Part shown: positions 57,224 to 64,000 of the stretch, piece after piece | How the letters are laid out: each line of letters opens with the position of its first letter | How positions within the stretch are numbered: the first letter of the stretch is position 1 | Assembly: GCA_965279515.1 (NCBI GenBank) | Contig: CBDIID010000003.1 | Coordinates: 1,664,001-1,728,000, forward strand | Origin: Turneriella sp. | Lineage (GTDB): Bacteria; Spirochaetota; Leptospiria; Turneriellales; Turneriellaceae | Direction of reading: 5' to 3' | DNA length: 64,000 nucleotides | Program-made: the position numbers and the translations under genes | Notes under the pieces: generated by a model | The model's database searches: none | The model's input: the letters and a program-made list of their open reading frames with translations, nothing else | Told to the model about the DNA's origin: nothing

Positions 57224-57585
57224 TGCTGTTCCGCCAAAACGAAAAATACGAAGACCTGAGAAACCTTGTGGCGCTTTCTGTTATTATTCTGCTGATCGGC
57301 GGCATCGTCTTTGCATTTCTCTACCGCAATATCCGCATGGCCATCGTCTCTTATGAAATTGAGCGGCTGAAAAAAGACCGCCGCGCGATCTATATTGAGA
57401 CCGAAGAGTTGCGCCTGCAGGTCGCCCAGCACTCCTCCGCCGATCGCATGGAAAAACTATTCCGTGAAAAATACGGATTTTTACCGGTGGAAGTCAGCCA
57501 GAAAATCAGCACGTATATCTTGCCGCAGATTGACCGCAAGAACGGCCCAGAAGCGGTAGATAAACCCGAACCGAACAACCGATGA
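57223..57585 (+). CDS. FtsL/FtsB-like bitopic coiled-coil protein
   Basis: Short cytoplasmic tail, TM, then YEIERLKK...EELRLQVAQHSSADRMEK. Confidence 0.6.
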   Translation: MLFRQNEKYEDLRNLVALSVIILLIGGIVFAFLYRNIRMAIVSYEIERLKKDRRAIYIETEELRLQVAQHSSADRMEKLFREKYGFLPVEVSQKISTYILPQIDRKNGPEAVDKPEPNNR

Positions 57586-59567
57586 AATTCAAACTCCACG
57601 CTCCCTACCAGCCGGCAGGCGACCAGCCCACCGCCATCAAAGAACTCACCGAAGCGCTTGAACCCGCCGACGCCAAAGCCACGCTCATCGGTGTGACGGG
57701 CTCAGGCAAGACCATGACGATGGCATCGGTCATCGAAAATTTGCAGCGCCCCACACTCGTCATGACGCACAACAAGTCGCTGGCGGCGCAGCTCTACCGT
57801 GAATTCAGCGAGTTTTTTCCCGAGAATGCCGTGGAATTTTTTATCAGCTATTATGACTACTACCAGCCCGAGGCCTATGTTCCCGTCACCGATACGTATA
57901 TCGAAAAAGAATCCTCGATCAACGATGAAATCGATCGCCTGCGCCTGAGGGCAACCGCCTCGCTCATCGAACGCAGGGATGTTATCATTGTCTCATCAGT
58001 GAGTTGTATCTATGGCCTGGGCTCCCCTGACACCTATAAAGATGCGGTACTGATGATCGATACCGCCGTGCCGGCGGGCCGCGACGAGATCATGTCGCGC
58101 CTCATGCGGATGCAGTATTCGCGCAACGATACCGAACTGCTGCAGGGCCGTTTCCGCGTGCGCGGTGACGTGCTCGATGTTTTCCCGGCCTACGCCAATG
58201 AGCCCTACCGGATTGAATTCTTCGGCAAAGATATCGAAGCGATCAACAAATTCGATATCCTGACCGGGAAAAAGAAGGAATCCCTGAAGCGCATCGCCGT
58301 CTACCCTGCGAAACACTTTATCACATCACCTGCAACTCTCGAGCACGCTGTCGAAGAGATGAAACGCGAGCTCGATGAGCAGCTCGAACACTTCAAACGG
58401 GTCAACAAGCCCCTCGAGGCGGAACGCCTGCGGCAACGCACGACCTACGATATGGAGATGCTGCGCGAAATGGGTTATTGCAGCGGCATCGAAAACTACT
58501 CGCGTATTCTCACCGGACGTCCCCCCGGTGCGCGGCCTGAGTGCCTCATCGACTATTTCCCCAAAGACATGCTCGTCATCATCGACGAAAGCCATGTTTC
58601 CGTGCCGCAGATCGGCGCCATGTTCGCAGGCGACCGCACGCGCAAGCAGACGCTGGTCGACTTCGGTTTCCGTCTGCCCTGCGCGCTCGACAACCGACCG
58701 CTGAAATTTGAAGAGTTTGAAACTCTCGCGTCGAATGTACTCTATGTTTCGGCGACGCCGGCGGCGTATGAACTCGGTAAAAGCGATGTGCATGTGGAGC
58801 AGATTATCCGCCCGACGGGACTCCTCGATCCCGAAATTGAAATCCACGGCAGCGAAGGCCAGATCGATCACCTGATTCTCGAAATCGACAAACGCACCAA
58901 GGTCGGTGAACGCGTGCTTGTGACCACGCTCACCAAAAAAATGGCAGAAGAGCTCACCGACTATCTCGAAAAAGCCCAGGTGAAAGTGCGCTGGTTGCAC
59001 TCCGACATCGATGCGCTCGAGCGTCTCGAAATTTTACGCGATCTGAGAAAAGGCATCTTCGATGTACTGGTGGGGATTAACCTCTTGCGCGAGGGTTTAG
59101 ACCTGCCGGAGGTCTCGCTGGTTGCGATTCTCGATGCCGATAAAGAAGGCTTTCTGCGTTCGCACCGTTCACTGATTCAGACGATGGGCCGTGCGGCACG
59201 GAACGTGAACGGTCGCGTCATTCTGTATGCCGATGTCATGACCGATTCGATGAAATCGGCGATCGACGAGACCACGCGCCGCCGGGCCATTCAGCTCGAA
59301 TATAACACCAAACACGGCATCACTCCGCAGACCATCAAAAAAGAAATCAAGGATTTCGTCGAGCGTGAGAAAAAAATCGAAGAGCAGAACTGGCAACGCA
59401 TTGAAGAGAACCTGCACGAGTTCGCACGCAAAAAATTCAAATCAACCGACGCCTGGAAAAAAGCGATCGAAAAGGCGATGTTCGACGCGGCAAAACAACT
59501 CAACTTCGAGCGCGCGGCTGAGCTGCGCGATATGATAAAAACCGAAGAGGCTGCGGGGCAAAGCTGA
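57582..59567 (+). CDS. uvrB: Excinuclease ABC subunit B
   Basis: [38 protein letters not shown] and FERAAELRD motifs. Confidence 0.99.
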   Translation: MKFKLHAPYQPAGDQPTAIKELTEALEPADAKATLIGVTGSGKTMTMASVIENLQRPTLVMTHNKSLAAQLYREFSEFFPENAVEFFISYYDYYQPEAYVPVTDTYIEKESSINDEIDRLRLRATASLIERRDVIIVSSVSCIYGLGSPDTYKDAVLMIDTAVPAGRDEIMSRLMRMQYSRNDTELLQGRFRVRGDVLDVFPAYANEPYRIEFFGKDIEAINKFDILTGKKKESLKRIAVYPAKHFITSPATLEHAVEEMKRELDEQLEHFKRVNKPLEAERLRQRTTYDMEMLREMGYCSGIENYSRILTGRPPGARPECLIDYFPKDMLVIIDESHVSVPQIGAMFAGDRTRKQTLVDFGFRLPCALDNRPLKFEEFETLASNVLYVSATPAAYELGKSDVHVEQIIRPTGLLDPEIEIHGSEGQIDHLILEIDKRTKVGERVLVTTLTKKMAEELTDYLEKAQVKVRWLHSDIDALERLEILRDLRKGIFDVLVGINLLREGLDLPEVSLVAILDADKEGFLRSHRSLIQTMGRAARNVNGRVILYADVMTDSMKSAIDETTRRRAIQLEYNTKHGITPQTIKKEIKDFVEREKKIEEQNWQRIEENLHEFARKKFKSTDAWKKAIEKAMFDAAKQLNFERAAELRDMIKTEEAAGQS

Positions 59568-59571
59568 CTAT

Positions 59572-59601
59572 AAAAAGGGCATTGAGGCCAAGCCCCTTTT
59601 G
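59572..59601. terminator. Bidirectional intrinsic terminator
   Basis: aaaaagggc...gcccctttt between the convergent uvrB and DUF1566 genes. Confidence 0.6.
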
Positions 59602-59602
59602 C

Positions 59603-60253
59603 TCATGGCTGAAGGTAAACGCTGTTTCCTTTTTGTATTTTTTTTGCTGAGATTTCCGGAGCCGTGCCTACAATTTTTGTATGATAAATGGATCCAATGG
59701 TGACAACAACGTCGCCGCTGGAGGTCGCAATCATTAGCTTACGCCCTTGAGTAACGCGAGAGATGCCATGCCCGGTAATATGAACCGTATTGCCTGCAAT
59801 ACTGAAAACCTGCCCGATTAATTCGCCATGCTCGGGCAAGGCATCAGCCACCTCGGCAACGGACGCCGGCTGTGTTTTGGCAGAAACGCAGGTAACTAAA
59901 TTCTGACTGGATATTGGCACGATTTGCCTACGCCCTTCTGAAAACTCAAGGCTTTCCGCCGCGTCTGCAATGGTATTTGCTGACCAATATGAGCCAGGCG
60001 GCTTCCGGTTTTCCAGTTTTTCACCGCTATTAAACAGGGCTCGCAATTCATCCATTGTCGGGAGCCGCATTTTTTTCTGGGCGCAATAGCCGACCGCTCC
60101 CCGCCAGTTCAATTTATTGTGCAACGGTCGGCTCCATACCCGCCCCTCAATCTGTATTGAAGCCCCTCCCTGATCCGATGCAATAATCGCTCCGGAAAAC
60201 CAAAGAATCTTAAAAAACAAAATCCGGAACCAGGAGACTATAGATATTTCCAT
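59603..60253 (-). CDS. DUF1566/Lcl-like domain protein with an extra C-terminal beta domain
   Basis: LNW..A..YC....MRLPT.DEL..L...YWS...TCV. Confidence 0.7.
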   Translation of the reverse strand: MEISIVSWFRILFFKILWFSGAIIASDQGGASIQIEGRVWSRPLHNKLNWRGAVGYCAQKKMRLPTMDELRALFNSGEKLENRKPPGSYWSANTIADAAESLEFSEGRRQIVPISSQNLVTCVSAKTQPASVAEVADALPEHGELIGQVFSIAGNTVHITGHGISRVTQGRKLMIATSSGDVVVTIGSIYHTKIVGTAPEISAKKIQKGNSVYLQP

Positions 60254-60303
60254 CAGTGAAAAATCCCTTGATTTGTACTTACAGCTTTTATTTTCTAAAT
60301 CCT

Positions 60304-60906
60304 TTACAGGAGAAAATTCTTCAACATCACCTTGCCACCCTCGGTCGCGAACGACTCGGGGTGAAATTGGATGCCCTCTATTGGTAAAGTCTTGTGGCGC
60401 AGCCCCATAATTTCGCCGTCGTCCTTGGTGCGCGCACTGATTTCCAGAACCGCCGGCAGGCTCGCGGCTTCGGCAATCAAACTATGGTAACGCATCACTT
60501 CAATATTCTGCGGCAGACCCGCAAAGACACCCTTGCCGTCATGGTCGATGGCCGATGTCTTTCCGTGCATGGGCACCCTCGCCTTCACGACGCGGCCGCC
60601 GAAAACGTGGGCCATGCCCTGCATGCCAAGGCAGACACCGAGGATTTTCTGCGTCGCCACCGGGTTTTTCAGAATCTGCTCGCAGACGCCGAAATATTTC
60701 GGGTCAGCCGGATTTCCAGGCCCCGGAGAAATCACGACACGATCGTAAGAGGCTGATGCCAACTCAGCAAAAGTCTTCTCGTCGTTGCGCACGACCTCGA
60801 CCCGAAACGCGCGGCGTGACTCTTCGAGCACTTCACCGATATACTGGTACAGGTTATAAGTGAACGAATCGTAGTTGTCGACAATGAGAACCCGCATCGC
60901 ACTCAT
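60304..60906 (-). CDS. trpG: Anthranilate synthase component II / PabA-type glutamine amidotransferase
   Basis: DNYDSFTYNL, SPGPG, GVCLG, RYHSL and QFHPES motifs. Confidence 0.9.
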   Translation of the reverse strand: MSAMRVLIVDNYDSFTYNLYQYIGEVLEESRRAFRVEVVRNDEKTFAELASASYDRVVISPGPGNPADPKYFGVCEQILKNPVATQKILGVCLGMQGMAHVFGGRVVKARVPMHGKTSAIDHDGKGVFAGLPQNIEVMRYHSLIAEAASLPAVLEISARTKDDGEIMGLRHKTLPIEGIQFHPESFATEGGKVMLKNFLL

Positions 60907-62273
60907 AGATACTCCGCCAGGGCCTTTTTCACCGCAGCCATTTTATTTTGAATTTCCTGGTACTCGCCGTCCGCCGTCGAATCATAGACGACGCCGCCCG
61001 AAGCGCGCACAAACGCGGTATCACCGGCGCCGAAGATGGTGCGGATCGGTATTGCAAACGTCGAATCGCCGTTGAAGCCAAAATGCCCGACTGCGCCGCC
61101 ATACGGGCCGCGCGGTTCCTGTTCGATGCGGTCGATGATTTTCATCGATTCGATTTTGGGCGCCCCTGAAAGCGTGCCTGCGGGAAATGAAGAGGCGAGT
61201 GCGGTAAACATATCTTCACCGGGCGCGATGAGCCCGACGACTTCGCTGGAGATATGCTGTACGTGTGAAAATTTCTTTACGTCAAAAATCCGGCGCACTT
61301 TGACCGAACCATAACGCGCGACACGGCCTAAATCGTTGCGGTGCAGGTCGACGAGCATGTTGTGTTCGGCGATTTCTTTCGGGTCATTCAGAAGCCGGCG
61401 CACGAGATCCTGGTCTTCTTCGGGCGTCTTGCCGCGCCGTGCGGTGCCCGCGAGCGGAAAGCTCTCCATCTCGCCCTGGCGCTGGCGGTACAAGAGCTCA
61501 GGGCTTGCACCGATCAGGCGCCGCGTTTTTTTGTCGCCCGCGAATTTCATGAAGAACATATGCGGGGATGGATTGATGGTGCGAAGACTCGCATAGATAT
61601 TCAGCCAATCCCCTTCAATTGTGTACGCTTCGCTGAAACCGATCTGCACCTGGAATGTGTTACCTTCAACAATTTCGTGTTTCGCCGCCTCGACCATCGT
61701 CCGGTGTTGATCCGCTGTTTTGGATTGCGCAACGAGTTTTGCTTTCGTCACACTTTTCGCACGCGGCTTCGCCGCAGCGGCCTCGATCGCGGCGCGGCGG
61801 TCGGTCCGAAAATAAAAGTAGGTTGTCTCTCCCGTCATCTTGTCGTGCAAGAGGCCGTCGGTATAGAGCCCCATCTGGTAGGCGGGGAAATCCGCATGTG
61901 CCGCAAGGCCCAGTGTCGGTTCAAAAAAGTTGGCCGCGTCGTAGCCCAGGTAGCCCACGAGACCGCCGGCATAGTTGCGCGACAGTACATCGCGCGGCAG
62001 AATTTCGCGCAGGTAATAATAGGGATTTGCAGTCGAGATCGTCTCTTCACCGGCGGCTGACCGCACGGTCACCTTGCCCTCACGGGCAATAAAGTCAAAA
62101 TCGGGCTCAAAACCGATGACCGAATAGCGCGAATCGTAGCCCTGCTCGCCCAGCGATTCGAGCAGAAAGCAGCTTTTGAACTCGGCTTCGAGGCGCCCGA
62201 ACAGCGTAAAAAAATCGAGGTCGGTTTTGAACGACAGATACTGCGGTTTTGCGGGTAATTTGGGTATCTGCAC
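60903..62273 (-). CDS. trpE: Anthranilate synthase component I (PabB not excluded)
   Basis: FLLES, ASPE, PLAGT..RG, AEHNMLVDL.RND and FPAGTLSGAPK motifs. Confidence 0.85.
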   Translation of the reverse strand: MQIPKLPAKPQYLSFKTDLDFFTLFGRLEAEFKSCFLLESLGEQGYDSRYSVIGFEPDFDFIAREGKVTVRSAAGEETISTANPYYYLREILPRDVLSRNYAGGLVGYLGYDAANFFEPTLGLAAHADFPAYQMGLYTDGLLHDKMTGETTYFYFRTDRRAAIEAAAAKPRAKSVTKAKLVAQSKTADQHRTMVEAAKHEIVEGNTFQVQIGFSEAYTIEGDWLNIYASLRTINPSPHMFFMKFAGDKKTRRLIGASPELLYRQRQGEMESFPLAGTARRGKTPEEDQDLVRRLLNDPKEIAEHNMLVDLHRNDLGRVARYGSVKVRRIFDVKKFSHVQHISSEVVGLIAPGEDMFTALASSFPAGTLSGAPKIESMKIIDRIEQEPRGPYGGAVGHFGFNGDSTFAIPIRTIFGAGDTAFVRASGGVVYDSTADGEYQEIQNKMAAVKKALAEYL

Positions 62274-62353
62274 CGTAGGCCATTTTCGGGGGCGCGTCAG
62301 GCCGAAAATCTGAAATCACGTCTGAGAAAAAAGATTTATCTAAGGCTCATAAA

Positions 62354-62914
62354 TTAATCGTTACCAAGCTTCAGAAGTAGTTCTGCCAGGAGCGGATAAT
62401 CCACATGGGAAAAATGACTAATTAAGACATTCGCCTGGAAGGTTCGCCAAAACTCTTTATCTTGGGCTATTCTGACAAATCGAAAATAAGTATGGTTATT
62501 CTTGTCCGGATAATAATCGTATCGCTTCTTGCCTTTGACGACCGGAATTGGCTCTCCATAAACCGAGGAAAGTTGCCGGCCCACTGCCTTCTTTAAATCG
62601 TCTTCACTCCAGTCAGGGTTACTGCAAGAATAGGACACTGCCTGGAGGCTATCCATATCAAACCAATACGTTAAATAGCACGATGCCTTAAGCATTCGAT
62701 CTGTATAAACGAGCATTGAGATATCAGAATTGGGGAAGCTCTGGCGCTCCAGGGGGGGAGAATCCAGACGCTGGTATTCATTTGCTTCGACCGTCTTGGC
62801 TGATTGTCCCCACTGATACTGGGCTGACTTCGCGCGATTTAATGCGCAAGACATTGAGAGAAGAGAAACAACTACCAGGGAGCAAAGTCTCAGAAGCACG
62901 GAGCACCGTGGCAC
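62354..62914 (-). CDS. Hypothetical lipoprotein
   Basis: Lipobox-like LSMSC; the sequence is AT-richer than its flanks. Confidence 0.6.
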   Translation of the reverse strand: MPRCSVLLRLCSLVVVSLLSMSCALNRAKSAQYQWGQSAKTVEANEYQRLDSPPLERQSFPNSDISMLVYTDRMLKASCYLTYWFDMDSLQAVSYSCSNPDWSEDDLKKAVGRQLSSVYGEPIPVVKGKKRYDYYPDKNNHTYFRFVRIAQDKEFWRTFQANVLISHFSHVDYPLLAELLLKLGND

Positions 62915-63017
62915 TCCGCCAAAACCTCCCGTAAATCAATTTATTGTGCGGCGCATTATCCTGAAACCGTTATAACTGCCTTTAATACCAGGGTCATCAT
63001 AGCCGATAATAATGACA

Positions 63018-64000
63018 ATGGCCCGACCCAAGGACGACGCCTATTATCTGTCTTTAGGCGCTGGGGCAAACCAGCTGCCCCTCATCCGTGCGGCCAAGGC
63101 GCTGGGCCTTAAGGTTATCGGCGTCGACCGCAGTATCGCGGCGCCCGGCCTAAAAGAAAGCGACCTCAAGATCGAAGAATCGATTCTCAATTACCGTAAG
63201 ATCTATTACAAGCTCGTCAACCTCGTCGAACCCACGCAAATCACCGGCGGCTATGCCGCGAGCTTCGGCGACGCACTGCAAAGCTTCGCCTTTCTCTGCG
63301 AGCGGCTCAGCATCATCGGCCTCAGCCGTACCCTCATGGAAACCGTGCAGGATAAACTCCAGGTCAGAAAGCAGCTCGCCGAAATTGAACACGGCGCTTT
63401 CGCACAACCCCTGTTTCTCGAAATCACGCAGAGCATGCGGCGTGAAGATATCGAACAATTAGGATTTCCCCTGATCGCAAAAATGCGGCGCGGCGCATCT
63501 AAACGACACATCTACCGCCTCGACGACTGGAACGAAGTAAAACATTTTCTCTCGCGCAAAAATCTCGAAGCGCTGGGCATCCGCGGTCACGACTTTGTGC
63601 TCGAACAATACATCGAAGGCGACGAGATTATCGTTACGGGTTTCGCACAGAATTTCCACTTCCATTTGGTTTCCGTACACGACCGCATAGCCGAAGCAAA
63701 GCCGCCCTACATCGACCTGGAACACAAATTTCCGTCACGCTATGCGCATCTGGCCAACAGCATCCGCGAGATCCATAACCAGGCCTGCCTTAAGCTGCAA
63801 CTCTCAGACACGCCGATCGTCAGCGAGTGGAAGGTTGTCGCCGACAGGCTCTACCTCGTCGAACTCTCGGCGCAGATTCCCGGCGAGCATGTCGCCGACT
63901 TCCTGATTCCCAAAGGCATACACTACGATTATTTCAAAAATCTCGTGAAGCTGACCCTCGGCGAAAAGATCGAACCGGTGCCGGAAAAAAACCGCCAGAA
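63018..64000 (+). CDS. ATP-grasp domain protein (partial, runs off the right edge)
   Basis: Hand translation MARPKDDAYYLSLGAGANQLPLIRAAKALGLKVIGVD...QDKLQVRK...GFPLIAK...VLEQYIEGDE. Confidence 0.85.
   Translation, partial: MARPKDDAYYLSLGAGANQLPLIRAAKALGLKVIGVDRSIAAPGLKESDLKIEESILNYRKIYYKLVNLVEPTQITGGYAASFGDALQSFAFLCERLSIIGLSRTLMETVQDKLQVRKQLAEIEHGAFAQPLFLEITQSMRREDIEQLGFPLIAKMRRGASKRHIYRLDDWNEVKHFLSRKNLEALGIRGHDFVLEQYIEGDEIIVTGFAQNFHFHLVSVHDRIAEAKPPYIDLEHKFPSRYAHLANSIREIHNQACLKLQLSDTPIVSEWKVVADRLYLVELSAQIPGEHVADFLIPKGIHYDYFKNLVKLTLGEKIEPVPEKNRQ

Noticed and set aside
59603..60253. Diversity-generating retroelement target (DUF1566/CLec-like fold)
   Set aside because: I saw no reverse transcriptase and no adenine-variant template repeat in the window, and the domain is not C-terminal.
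62274..62353. trp attenuator leader upstream of trpE
   Set aside because: There is no short Trp-codon leader peptide or terminator/antiterminator pair.

Overview
This is a gene-dense bacterial chromosomal window, probably from a Leptospiraceae spirochaete (Turneriella-like). That call is an inference from the FlaA sheath protein, the spirochaete-style lipoproteins and the gene content. Housekeeping genes include gpmA, ruvC, yicC, remA, lpxK, upp, tpiA, a phosphohexomutase, uvrB, trpE/G, a TolC-MacA-MacB pump, an amidase and a GT9 heptosyltransferase. They are interleaved with many envelope and signalling genes. Two blocks look AT-richer by eye (not computed). The first (~6.5-12.85 kb) is a lipoprotein / ECF sigma / FecR / two paralogous OM barrels / FG-GAP lipoprotein operon with no TonB-dependent transducer. 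The second (~39.3-44.2 kb) is a four-gene membrane/ion-transport cargo bracketed by 21-bp inverted repeats (18/21 match) with attC-like geometry, each next to a C-ANGGAN-G hairpin. The same CsrA-site-like hairpin recurs elsewhere: in-frame inside a membrane-protein gene, and as a three-hairpin element between 19-bp direct repeats. Other notable items are a probable 7_1-knot repeat protein, an unannotated 36-aa Lys-rich ORF and a DUF2339 fusion with an internal signal-peptide-like segment. I found no rRNA, tRNA, CRISPR array, integrase or transposase. Family names come from motif recognition by eye, not from database searches.
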